This document shows positions 33,525 to 43,431 of a DNA stretch of 64,000 bases, one piece after another; within the stretch, counting starts at the first letter, position 1, and every line of letters begins with the position of its first letter. Source of the DNA: Escherichia coli (GTDB lineage Bacteria; Pseudomonadota; Gammaproteobacteria; Enterobacterales; Enterobacteriaceae); assembly GCF_013315695.1 (NCBI RefSeq), contig NZ_CP054353.1; one strand, 5' to 3'. A program made the position numbers and the translations under genes. The notes beneath the pieces were generated by a model, which was not told the DNA's origin, did not search any database, and saw only the letters and a program-made list of their open reading frames with translations.

Positions 33525-34127
33525 TCAGGAGGAGATATTTAACATCATTGCCGCCTGGGTGCGATTTTTCACTTCCAGACGGCGATACAGGGATTCCAGA
33601 TGCGCTTTTACCGTTCCGGTACTGATATTCAGCGCCCTGCCGATCTCCTTATTTGATTCGCCCGCCGCTAACATGGTTAAAATCTCCCGCTGGCGGGCGC
33701 TTAACGATTTGAGATCTTTAATGTCCTTTTCCGGCGTCGTTCGCCAGTCTCCCGGCAGAAACATCATCCCCATCGCCGCACTATTTACCGCCAACGCAAA
33801 TGTCTCGACGGTTGAATCACGAGGCACAATGGCCAGCACATTAAAATGGATAACCTCCTGTAACCACCGTTTATTGCAATCCGTCGCCGTAATTAACACC
33901 TTAACCTCAGGAAACTGCACCACGGTTTTTTGCAGCAACCAGTAGCAAAACTCACCATCCTGATCGCCATCGAGCATCACTAAGGCTTCAGGGTAACTTT
34001 CCAGCTTTTGCCATAACTCGTCTGCCTGACCGGCCCCCTGAATACTCACTCCTGGAATACGCTGCTGTAAACTGATTTTCATTCCATGAATAAATATTGA
34101 CTGCCTGTCAAACATGACTATTTGCAT
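33525..34127 (-). CDS. yhjB: LuxR/FixJ-family response-regulator-like protein YhjB
   Basis: 200-aa ORF with C-terminal LuxR HTH (LSARQREILTMLAAGESNKEIG...). Confidence 0.85.
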   Translation of the reverse strand: MQIVMFDRQSIFIHGMKISLQQRIPGVSIQGAGQADELWQKLESYPEALVMLDGDQDGEFCYWLLQKTVVQFPEVKVLITATDCNKRWLQEVIHFNVLAIVPRDSTVETFALAVNSAAMGMMFLPGDWRTTPEKDIKDLKSLSARQREILTMLAAGESNKEIGRALNISTGTVKAHLESLYRRLEVKNRTQAAMMLNISS

Positions 34128-34645
34128 AACTGAATCTCCACCTGAATACGTTAAAAAGACTTAAGTAGTGGAAGGGTATTACCCGCGAGAAAAAATAAGA
34201 ATTCGCCATTTGGCGGTGGCCATTCTACAGAGATGACGCGTAGAAAATAGTTACCGATATAAATAGTTACAGCTAAACGCCTGAAATTACATGTCGAGTG
34301 CACTATTTAAAACAATTTTGAGGATTTCCTTATATTGATGGTTAGTACGCATGCAATTAAAAATGAAACTCCGCGACCACAAGCAAAAATAACAAATGGC
34401 AATGAGACAAAAATAAGCACAAATAGCCAACACGTCCTCTGTTCACTTTAAAGGGAATCGCTGAAAAAAACGCTCTGTTTAGGGAAATTCACCTTTCTCA
34501 TAAAGCTATTCCGCCCTTTTCCTGCTGAGAAATCGCCACATTCGTCATGACAACATTGTGAAACCCGGCATTAGATGTTAGAAAAAACAAGGTGATGCTG
34601 CCAACTTACTGATTTAGTGTATGATGGTGTTTTTGAGGTGCTCCA

Positions 34646-34921
34646 GTGGCTTCTGTTTCTATCAGCTGTCCCTCCTGTTCAGCTACTGACGGGGTGGTGC
34701 GTAACGGCAAAAGCACCGCCGGACATCAGCGCTATCTCTGCTCTCACTGCCGTAAAACATGGCAACTGCAGTTCACTTACACCGCTTCTCAACCCGGTAC
34801 GCACCAGAAAATCATTGATATGGCCATGAATGGCGTTGGATGCCGGGCAACAGCCCGCATTATGGGCGTTGGCCTCAACACGATTTTACGTCACTTAAAA
34901 AACTCAGGCCGCAGTCGGTAA
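34646..34921 (+). CDS. insA: IS1 InsA
   Basis: Identical 91-aa InsA ORF. Confidence 0.95.
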
Positions 34922-35343
34922 CCTCGCGCATACAGCCGGGCAGTGACGTCATCGTCTGCGCGGAAATGGACGAACAGTGGGGCTATGTCGGGGCTAAATC
35001 GCGCCAGCGCTGGCTGTTTTACGCGTATGACAGGCTCCGGAAGACGGTTGTTGCGCACGTATTCGGTGAACGCACTATGGCGACGCTGGGGCGTCTTATG
35101 AGCCTGCTGTCACCCTTTGACGTGGTGATATGGATGACGGATGGCTGGCCGCTGTATGAATCCCGCCTGAAGGGAAAGCTGCACGTAATCAGCAAGCGAT
35201 ATACGCAGCGAATTGAGCGGCATAACCTGAATCTGAGGCAGCACCTGGCACGGCTGGGACGGAAGTCGCTGTCGTTCTCAAAATCGGTGGAGCTGCATGA
35301 CAAAGTCATCGGGCATTATCTGAACATAAAACACTATCAATAA
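34840..35343 (+). CDS. insB: IS1 InsB (InsAB' by frameshift)
   Basis: Identical 167-aa InsB ORF. Confidence 0.9.
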
Positions 35344-35423
35344 GTTGGAGTCATTACCAAAAAACAATAAACAATGCGATATGCGCGCTACTGTTTCGCT
35401 GTGAACAACAATCGGTCAAAGAA

Positions 35424-36323
35424 ATGGATAAAATTCACGCAATGCAGTTGTTCATCAAAGTCGCTGAGCTGGAAAGTTTTTCCCGCGCAGCGGATTTCTT
35501 TGCTTTGCCAAAGGGAAGTGTTTCGCGCCAGATACAGGCACTGGAACATCAACTTGGCACCCAGCTTCTCCAGCGCACCACGCGGCGGGTCAAACTCACG
35601 CCAGAAGGCATGACCTATTATCAACGGGCAAAAGATGTGTTGAGTAATCTCAACGAACTGGACGGTCTGTTTCAACAGGATGCCACCAGTATCAGCGGTA
35701 AATTACGCATCGACATCCCGCCAGGAATCGCGAAAAGCCTGTTACTGCCGCGCCTGTCGGAATTTCTCTATCTGCATCCGGGAATTGAGCTGGAGCTGAG
35801 TAGCCATGACCGTCCGGTAGATATTCTTCACGATGGTTTTGATTGCGTGATACGCACTGGCGCGTTACCGGAAGATGGCGTTATCGCCCGTCCCCTCGGC
35901 AAACTGACCGTGGTCAATTGTGCCAGTCCACACTATCTGACGCGCTTTGGTTATCCTCAAAGCCCCGACGATCTGACTTCGCACGCAATAGTGCGTTACA
36001 CACCGCACCTGGGTGTACATCCGTTAGGTTTTGAGGTTGCCAGCGTTAATGGCGTCCAGTGGTTTAAGTCTGGCGGCATGTTGACGGTAAACAGTCGCGA
36101 AAACTATCTCGCCGCCGGTCTTGCCGGTCTGGGGATTATTCAGATCCCGCGCATTGCCGTGCGCGAAGCCCTGCGTGCCGGGCGGCTTATTGAAGTGTTG
36201 CCTGGCTACCGTGCCGAGCCGCTGTCCCTTTCACTGGTTTATCCGCAGCGTCGGGAGCTTTCCCGGCGTGTAAACCTGTTTATGCAGTGGCTGGCTGGCG
36301 TAATGAAAGAGTACCTGGACTGA
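35424..36323 (+). CDS. yhjC: LysR-family transcriptional regulator YhjC (RcdB)
   Basis: 299-aa ORF with N-terminal LysR HTH (MQLFIKVAELESFSRAADFFALPKGSVSRQIQALE). Confidence 0.85.
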   Translation: MDKIHAMQLFIKVAELESFSRAADFFALPKGSVSRQIQALEHQLGTQLLQRTTRRVKLTPEGMTYYQRAKDVLSNLNELDGLFQQDATSISGKLRIDIPPGIAKSLLLPRLSEFLYLHPGIELELSSHDRPVDILHDGFDCVIRTGALPEDGVIARPLGKLTVVNCASPHYLTRFGYPQSPDDLTSHAIVRYTPHLGVHPLGFEVASVNGVQWFKSGGMLTVNSRENYLAAGLAGLGIIQIPRIAVREALRAGRLIEVLPGYRAEPLSLSLVYPQRRELSRRVNLFMQWLAGVMKEYLD

Positions 36324-36371
36324 CCGACTATACTTTTTAAGAATGACCACGACAGAAGGACAAAAGAGCGG

Positions 36372-37385
36372 ATGACGCAGGAAAACGAGATCAAACGTCC
36401 CACCCAGGATCTGGAGCACGAGCCGATTAAGCAGTTGGATAATAGCGAGAAAGGCGGCAAAGTTAGCCAGGCGCTGGAAACCGTCACCACTACTGCCGAG
36501 AAAGTCCAACGCCAACCGGTTATTGCGCACCTGATTCGCGCGACAGAACGCTTTAACGATCGGCTGGGTAACCAGTTTGGTGCGGCTATCACCTATTTCT
36601 CATTTTTGTCGATGATCCCGATTTTGATGGTGTCGTTTGCCGCAGGGGGCTTTGTGCTGGCCTCCCATCCGATGTTGCTACAGGATATCTTCGACAAAAT
36701 TCTGCAAAACATCAGCGATCCGACGCTAGCCGCCACGTTGAAAAACACCATCAACACCGCCGTTCAGCAGCGTACGACTGTAGGGCTTGTCGGCCTGGCG
36801 GTGGCACTTTATTCCGGCATCAACTGGATGGGTAACCTGCGTGAAGCGATTCGTGCCCAGTCGCGCGATGTCTGGGAACGCTCGCCGCAAGATCAGGAGA
36901 AGTTCTGGGTAAAATATCTGCGTGATTTTATTTCGCTGATTGGTTTGTTGATTGCGCTGATTGTGACGCTTTCTATCACCTCGGTTGCCGGTTCTGCGCA
37001 GCAAATGATTATTAGCGCCCTGCACCTGAACAGCATTGAGTGGCTGAAACCGACGTGGCGGTTGATTGGCCTGGCGATTTCCATCTTCGCCAACTATCTG
37101 CTTTTCTTCTGGATCTTCTGGCGGTTACCGCGCCACCGTCCGCGCAAAAAAGCCCTGATTCGCGGAACATTTCTGGCTGCTATTGGTTTTGAAGTGATTA
37201 AAATTGTGATGACTTACACCCTGCCATCGCTGATGAAATCCCCCTCTGGCGCAGCATTTGGTTCCGTGCTGGGGCTGATGGCATTTTTCTACTTCTTCGC
37301 CCGTTTGACGCTGTTTTGCGCGGCGTGGATTGCCACCGCCGAATATAAAGACGACCCGCGAATGCCGGGGAAAACGCAGCGGTAA
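36372..37385 (+). CDS. yhjD: Inner membrane protein YhjD (YihY/virulence factor BrkB family)
   Basis: 337-aa multi-TM ORF. Confidence 0.8.
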   Translation: MTQENEIKRPTQDLEHEPIKQLDNSEKGGKVSQALETVTTTAEKVQRQPVIAHLIRATERFNDRLGNQFGAAITYFSFLSMIPILMVSFAAGGFVLASHPMLLQDIFDKILQNISDPTLAATLKNTINTAVQQRTTVGLVGLAVALYSGINWMGNLREAIRAQSRDVWERSPQDQEKFWVKYLRDFISLIGLLIALIVTLSITSVAGSAQQMIISALHLNSIEWLKPTWRLIGLAISIFANYLLFFWIFWRLPRHRPRKKALIRGTFLAAIGFEVIKIVMTYTLPSLMKSPSGAAFGSVLGLMAFFYFFARLTLFCAAWIATAEYKDDPRMPGKTQR

Positions 37386-37776
37386 TTCATTGGTTTATAA
37401 TGCCTGATAAACGCACGGTCGATCCCCTCGCCCCTTCGGGGAGAGGATTAGGGTGAGGGGGTACAAGCCAGCCAGAGACCAGGCAATGACATGCACATAA
37501 CCACCTGAAACTACATCTCTTCAGGAGCAAACAATTTCATTCCAACTCATAACCCCAGCATATAAATCCAGTTGGTAACTTTTATTTAACCTGAAACCAG
37601 TTTTATCCACTATTTATAAAATTATGTGAAGCATTTCATAGAAGAAAAATCACTGGCCTAAACATTATCCCCTTTTTGCCTGGTTTTTGACCATTTCCGC
37701 GATTTGTTACACATTGAAATATCACTTTTGCTGTGCGTAATATGGCTATTCGTTAGCCAAAAAATAAGAAAAGATT

Positions 37777-39099
37777 ATGCAAGCAACAGCCACAACACTC
37801 GACCACGAGCAAGAATACACGCCGATCAACTCGCGTAATAAAGTCCTTGTCGCCTCTCTCATTGGCACGGCCATTGAGTTCTTCGACTTTTATATTTACG
37901 CCACTGCGGCCGTTATTGTGTTTCCGCATATCTTCTTCCCGCAGGGTGATCCTACGGCAGCAACGCTACAGTCGCTTGCCACCTTCGCCATCGCCTTCGT
38001 CGCGCGCCCCATTGGCTCTGCCGTTTTTGGTCATTTTGGCGATCGCGTTGGGCGTAAAGCGACGCTGGTCGCCTCGTTGCTAACGATGGGGATTTCGACC
38101 GTGGTGATTGGTCTGCTGCCGGGCTATGCCACGATTGGTATTTTCGCCCCGCTGCTGCTGGCGCTGGCTCGATTTGGTCAGGGTCTGGGTTTAGGCGGCG
38201 AATGGGGCGGAGCGGCTCTGCTGGCGACTGAAAACGCCCCACCGCGCAAACGTGCACTGTATGGCTCCTTCCCGCAGCTGGGCGCACCGATTGGCTTCTT
38301 CTTTGCCAACGGCACTTTCTTACTGCTTTCCTGGCTACTGACCGACGAGCAGTTTATGAGCTGGGGCTGGCGCGTGCCGTTTATCTTCTCGGCGGTGCTG
38401 GTCATTATCGGCCTGTATGTTCGCGTGTCGCTGCATGAGTCGCCGGTGTTTGAGAAAGTCGCTAAAGCGAAAAAACAGGTGAAGATCCCGCTGGGTACGC
38501 TGCTGACCAAACATGTTCGCGTAACCGTACTGGGTACGTTCATTATGCTGGCAACCTATACGCTGTTTTACATCATGACGGTCTACTCTATGACCTTTAG
38601 TACCGCCGCCGCGCCAGTTGGGCTTGGCCTGCCGCGTAACGAAGTATTGTGGATGCTGATGATGGCAGTGATTGGTTTTGGCGTGATGGTGCCAGTCGCC
38701 GGATTACTGGCTGATGCCTTTGGTCGCCGTAAAAGCATGGTAATCATCACCACGCTGATCATCCTGTTCGCGCTGTTCGCCTTTAACCCTCTGCTCGGTT
38801 CTGGCAACCCGATTCTGGTTTTTGCCTTCCTGCTGCTGGGGTTAAGTCTGATGGGACTGACCTTCGGGCCGATGGGCGCGCTGTTACCAGAGCTGTTCCC
38901 GACAGAAGTGCGTTACACCGGAGCATCGTTCTCTTACAACGTAGCGTCGATTCTCGGGGCTTCCGTTGCGCCGTATATCGCAGCCTGGTTGCAGACTAAC
39001 TACGGGTTAGGTGCGGTGGGGTTATATCTGGCGGCGATGGCTGGCTTGACGTTAATCGCCCTGCTGCTGACCCATGAGACACGACATCAGTCGTTGTAA
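37777..39099 (+). CDS. yhjE: MFS transporter YhjE (metabolite:H+ symporter family)
   Basis: 440-aa 12-TM ORF with MFS signature (GHFGDRVGRKATL). Confidence 0.85.
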   Translation: MQATATTLDHEQEYTPINSRNKVLVASLIGTAIEFFDFYIYATAAVIVFPHIFFPQGDPTAATLQSLATFAIAFVARPIGSAVFGHFGDRVGRKATLVASLLTMGISTVVIGLLPGYATIGIFAPLLLALARFGQGLGLGGEWGGAALLATENAPPRKRALYGSFPQLGAPIGFFFANGTFLLLSWLLTDEQFMSWGWRVPFIFSAVLVIIGLYVRVSLHESPVFEKVAKAKKQVKIPLGTLLTKHVRVTVLGTFIMLATYTLFYIMTVYSMTFSTAAAPVGLGLPRNEVLWMLMMAVIGFGVMVPVAGLLADAFGRRKSMVIITTLIILFALFAFNPLLGSGNPILVFAFLLLGLSLMGLTFGPMGALLPELFPTEVRYTGASFSYNVASILGASVAPYIAAWLQTNYGLGAVGLYLAAMAGLTLIALLLTHETRHQSL

Positions 39100-39104
39100 T
39101 AAGA

Positions 39105-39275
39105 GTGAAAAGCCTGATGCGCTACGCTTATCAGGCCAGAATTTCCATACAATATATTGAATTAGCAAGGATTTGTAAGCCGGAGGCGTTCACGCCGCAT
39201 CCGGCATGAACAAAGCACACTTTGCCAACAATCTAAATCTGTTTAATTGCCGGATGTCAGACATCCGGCAATTAT
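39105..39275. repeat. REP / BIME-type palindromic repeat cluster
   Basis: REP-like palindromes gcctgatgcgctacgcttatcaggcc, gccggaggcgttcacgccgcatccggc and ccggatgtcagacatccgg between convergent yhjE and yhjG. Confidence 0.7.
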
Positions 39276-39277
39276 CA

Positions 39278-41338
39278 TCACTTCTTCATCTGCGACAAAA
39301 TTGTCCTGCACTGATTAGCCTCCCCTTCGGAAGGTGAGATCAGCGCCAGTAACGCCGCCGCCGGTGTTACCAGCGTTGCCAGTGCCGCCGCAACGGCTCC
39401 GCGAGCAATCAACGGCCCGGCTTTCACCCCAGCCTGCGGATTTTTAAACGTCCCACGTACATACAGCGGCGAACGCAATGTGATAATCCGAATCCCTTTA
39501 CTCTCCGGATCAATAGTCAAATCCAGCTGTTCCGAAGCAAAACTTGCCGTACCGGTAACGTTAATCAACGCGTTCTCAGTATCGAAAGCAAAAATCTGCG
39601 GGCGCGCCACGCCGTTGGCAATATCCAGATTCGCCGCCGCACAGTTCACCCGCACCTCATCATCACCAAATATCGCACCGACAATGTAGTTACCGACATT
39701 CAGCCCGACAATCTCCATCAGGTTGCGGCTCACCAGCCCGTCATTCATCAGCAGTTTCAGGTTGCCGTTACTGTTGCCTAAAAGCGCCGCCACCGAGTTA
39801 CCGCTACCGCGTAGTTCCGCGTCACCGTTCATTTCCCCCAGCGTCTTCTGCATCAGTTCCACATCGGGCATCAGTTCTTTCAGTTTCAGTCGACGAGCCT
39901 GAATATCTGCCCGCCCTTGCATCGGTTTTTTATCACCTTCCAGATGAATATTCGCCGCAATGCTGCCGCCCGCCATGCCAAATTTCAGCGGTTGCAGGCG
40001 CAGGTCAGCATTTTTGAGGATGATATGAGTAGAAAGATCGCTAATCGGCAGGCTACTGCCATGCTCAATGCGCCGCCCTTTGAAGCGAACATCGGCATCC
40101 ATAACGTCCCATTTATCGGTTTCGAAGCGGTCATAAGGCAGCACTTTGCCCGCAGGCTGAACGCTTTTTTCACCCTTCTTCTGTTCAGACCGTGTCGACT
40201 TTTCAGCTCCTTTCCCGGAATCAACGCCAATCAACGGTCCCAGGTCCGCCAGCCGCAATTGCCGCGACTCGACATCACCTTCCAGTTTTGGTCGTGGCTT
40301 GCCGGTGGTGTAGACCAGAGAACCGTGGATATCGCTATCGCCAATGCGCCCATTAAAGCCGCGATAATCAAAGACCGACGATTTTTCAGTGTCGATTTTC
40401 GCTACCAGCCGACCATCCGTTTCAAACGGCGGGGTATCGGGCAGCAGAACGCCCGTCAGTTCATAGAGATCACCCAGCGAATCGCCAGAAAATTTAAGCC
40501 GTAAATCGACACCCCCCATCTTCATTGGGTCATTCACAACGCCATCAAAAGCAACACGGGTGTTACCAGAGCGGAAATCAGCCTGTACCGGAAACGGCGT
40601 ACCTTCGCCACGCAGCGCCAGCATACCGCCTATTTTTCCCGTACCAGTGAGCGGTTCACCGTTATAACGTCCCTGCGCCTTCAGGCCAAAAACGTAATCA
40701 CCCACCTTTTCTTTATCCGCTTTACCTTTCGATCCAGTAACTTCGCTGAACGGCAGCGGCTTGCCTAACGGATCGACAAAAATTTCTAGATCCGCTTTGC
40801 TTACTTTGTCATCAATGGCGATCCGCCCTTGATCGAACAGAATATTATCCAGCCGAAACGACCATGCCGACGGCTTTGCATTCGCGTCTTTGTTGTCATC
40901 GCTGGCAAGATTAAACGTCCAGTTATTGTTCTTTTCAGAGAGGCGAATCAGGCGCGCGTCGGGCTTTTCGAGCTTGACCCACGGCAGCCAGACCGTTTTG
41001 GACAGCAGCGCCAGCGGTGCCAGCGTCGCTTCTACGCGTGGCAAATGCACCATTGTGACTTCGGGAATATCTGGTGGGTTGCCGAGAATGATGTCTTCCG
41101 CGTGTACATGAGGCCACGGCACCCAGCTGCGCCAGCCGGTTTCCTGTTTTTGCCGCTCCCACACCACGCCCAGATCGCCACGGATAGCGAACGGACGATT
41201 CAACTCCGCAGAGACTTTCTGGTTGATGGTCGGTTTGAGTCGATTCCAGTCAAAAGTTGCAATCAAAATGATCGCCACGACAATCAACAACAAGAAAGCC
41301 CCTGAAATCGCAGCGGTTATTTTGCCTGCCTTGCTCAT
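39278..41338 (-). CDS. yhjG: AsmA-family protein YhjG
   Basis: ORF 39278..41353; start set to MSKAGKITAAISGAFLLLIVVAI... (686 aa). Confidence 0.8.
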   Translation of the reverse strand: MSKAGKITAAISGAFLLLIVVAIILIATFDWNRLKPTINQKVSAELNRPFAIRGDLGVVWERQKQETGWRSWVPWPHVHAEDIILGNPPDIPEVTMVHLPRVEATLAPLALLSKTVWLPWVKLEKPDARLIRLSEKNNNWTFNLASDDNKDANAKPSAWSFRLDNILFDQGRIAIDDKVSKADLEIFVDPLGKPLPFSEVTGSKGKADKEKVGDYVFGLKAQGRYNGEPLTGTGKIGGMLALRGEGTPFPVQADFRSGNTRVAFDGVVNDPMKMGGVDLRLKFSGDSLGDLYELTGVLLPDTPPFETDGRLVAKIDTEKSSVFDYRGFNGRIGDSDIHGSLVYTTGKPRPKLEGDVESRQLRLADLGPLIGVDSGKGAEKSTRSEQKKGEKSVQPAGKVLPYDRFETDKWDVMDADVRFKGRRIEHGSSLPISDLSTHIILKNADLRLQPLKFGMAGGSIAANIHLEGDKKPMQGRADIQARRLKLKELMPDVELMQKTLGEMNGDAELRGSGNSVAALLGNSNGNLKLLMNDGLVSRNLMEIVGLNVGNYIVGAIFGDDEVRVNCAAANLDIANGVARPQIFAFDTENALINVTGTASFASEQLDLTIDPESKGIRIITLRSPLYVRGTFKNPQAGVKAGPLIARGAVAAALATLVTPAAALLALISPSEGEANQCRTILSQMKK

Positions 41339-41407
41339 CGTTCGCTTCCTCATATTCTTCCTGTGCCAGTCCTAAAGATAGTCCAGCCAGGCGGAAAATG
41401 AGGCAGC

Positions 41408-42175
41408 TTATAGCGCCAGAACCGCCGTATTCAGCGTTTCTATCGGTGCCGGGCGTGAAAGAAACCAGCCTTGTGCGGCGAATGCGGGCGAGTTCTGTAC
41501 ATCGCGCCACTCTTCCGGCGTTTCTACGCCCTCGACGATCACCCCGCGACAATAGCGATTCATGAGATGTAAAAGCTGAGAAAAGAGTGTGCGTCCTTCC
41601 GGCGACTGACGCAGCATCACAAACAGTTCTCGCGCGATTTTGATGTAGTCATAACGCACTTCACTTAGTGCAGAGAAATTTGCCATCCCGGTACCAAAAT
41701 CATCCAGCCACAGCGGGCCAAATTCACACATCGAGGCAAAGGTTGAATCTTTCGGCAGGCGGATGTGTTCCACCAGTTCGAAACGCAGCCAGGGAAGATC
41801 CTCAATCTGGCGCAGGATTTTTGGTTGCTGACGCAGGGCGATGAGCGTAGGGCCATCAATATTGACCGATGCCAGCAGGCCGTGCTCTACAAAGAAGTCG
41901 GCTTTTTGCGCCAGCAAATCAATCTGCTCTTTCACAACTTCCATCCGATGGCTAACGGTGATTTCAGTAAAATAGCGATCCGGCGGCAGGCGTTGCGAAG
42001 GGTTCAAGGGATGCGTGACCACCGTTAATAGCTCCACGGCCATTAACCGCCCGCATGTTTGATAGATCGGCTGCCAGGTGTAAGCACGCTCACACTGCAA
42101 CCAAAAACGCCGTTCCTGCAAGCTCTCGATGCTTGCTTCAGGGTTGCTTATTCGCTGGATAACCTGCCTTATCAT
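41408..42175 (-). CDS. pdeH: c-di-GMP phosphodiesterase PdeH (YhjH), EAL domain
   Basis: ORF 41408..42220; start set to MIRQVIQRISNPEA... (255 aa); EAL-domain protein. Confidence 0.85.
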   Translation of the reverse strand: MIRQVIQRISNPEASIESLQERRFWLQCERAYTWQPIYQTCGRLMAVELLTVVTHPLNPSQRLPPDRYFTEITVSHRMEVVKEQIDLLAQKADFFVEHGLLASVNIDGPTLIALRQQPKILRQIEDLPWLRFELVEHIRLPKDSTFASMCEFGPLWLDDFGTGMANFSALSEVRYDYIKIARELFVMLRQSPEGRTLFSQLLHLMNRYCRGVIVEGVETPEEWRDVQNSPAFAAQGWFLSRPAPIETLNTAVLAL

Positions 42176-42406
42176 CAAAGATGTCCTGTGTTTAAAAGTG
42201 ATGCTGCCCGGACTCGACAAAGATTATCGGCGCGCAAGGGCAGAACTTTACCGCCTGGCTGGGGTAAATTTCCCCACTCCACAACGGAATCTTTCAGGAA
42301 TACGTTCTGGCTCAAAAAAATAATGGAACACTGTTTTAATATGGTTGACCAGCAAACCACCACAGCGCAAACTAACGCTAATTTTTTACAGATCAGGTTC
42401 ACGACT

Positions 42407-43336
42407 ATGTCCAAAAAGATTGCCGTGATTGGCGAATGCATGATTGAGCTTTCCGAGAAAGGCGCGGACGTTAAGCGCGGTTTCGGCGGCGATACCCTGA
42501 ACACTTCCGTCTATATCGCCCGTCAGGTCGATCCTGCGGCATTAACCGTTCATTACGTAACGGCGCTGGGAACGGACAGTTTTAGCCAGCAGATGCTGGA
42601 CGCCTGGCACGGCGAGAACGTTGATACTTCCCTGACCCAACGGATGGAAAACCGTCTGCCGGGCCTTTACTACATTGAAACCGACAGCACCGGCGAACGT
42701 ACGTTCTACTACTGGCGTAACGAAGCCGCCGCCAAATTCTGGCTGGAGAGTGAGCAATCCGCGGCGATTTGCGAAGAGCTGGCGAATTTCGATTATCTCT
42801 ACCTGAGCGGGATTAGCCTGGCGATCTTAAGCCCGACCAGCCGCGAAAAGCTGCTTTCCCTGCTGCGCGAATGCCGCGCCAACGGCGGAAAAGTGATTTT
42901 CGACAATAACTATCGTCCGCGCCTGTGGGCCAGCAAAGAAGAGACACAGCAGGTGTACCAACAAATGCTGGAATGCACGGATATCGCCTTCCTGACGCTG
43001 GACGATGAAGACGCGCTGTGGGGTCAACAGCCGGTGGAAGACGTCATTGCGCGCACCCATAACGCGGGCGTGAAAGAAGTGGTGGTGAAACGCGGGGCGG
43101 ATTCTTGCCTGGTGTCCATTGCTGGCGAAGGGTTAGTGGATGTTCCGGCGGTAAAACTGCCGAAAGAAAAAGTGATCGATACCACCGCAGCTGGCGACTC
43201 TTTCAGTGCCGGTTATCTGGCGGTACGTTTGACGGGCGGCAGTGCGGAAGACGCAGCGAAACGCGGGCACCTGACCGCAAGTACCGTTATTCAGTATCGC
43301 GGCGCGATTATCCCGCGTGAAGCGATGCCAGCGTAA
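42407..43336 (+). CDS. kdgK: 2-dehydro-3-deoxygluconokinase KdgK
   Basis: ORF 42059..43336; start set to MSKKIAVIGECMIELSEKG... (309 aa); PfkB-family sugar kinase motifs (DTTAAGDSF). Confidence 0.85.
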   Translation: MSKKIAVIGECMIELSEKGADVKRGFGGDTLNTSVYIARQVDPAALTVHYVTALGTDSFSQQMLDAWHGENVDTSLTQRMENRLPGLYYIETDSTGERTFYYWRNEAAAKFWLESEQSAAICEELANFDYLYLSGISLAILSPTSREKLLSLLRECRANGGKVIFDNNYRPRLWASKEETQQVYQQMLECTDIAFLTLDDEDALWGQQPVEDVIARTHNAGVKEVVVKRGADSCLVSIAGEGLVDVPAVKLPKEKVIDTTAAGDSFSAGYLAVRLTGGSAEDAAKRGHLTASTVIQYRGAIIPREAMPA

Positions 43337-43431
43337 AAGCAGCATATGCAAAAGGCTGGATAGAGTGTTACCCCCCTATCCAGCTCATCCATAAATACCT
43401 GATGGTTGTGCTAACTCATCACCATCAGGCA

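Larger units (their letters stand above)
34591..35358 (+). mobile_element. IS1 insertion sequence, copy 3 (768 bp), with 9-bp target-site duplication aaaaaacaa, in the yhjB–yhjC intergenic region
   Basis: IS1 ends ggtgatgctgccaacttactgat ... atcaataagttggagtcattacc; direct repeats aaaaaacaa at 34582-34590 and 35359-35367; opposite orientation to copies 1, 2 and 4. Confidence 0.95.

Noticed and set aside
42059-42406. 116-codon N-terminal extension of the kdgK ORF
   Set aside because: It overlaps the divergent pdeH start region; the conserved KdgK N-terminus MSKKIAVIGECMIEL begins at 42407.
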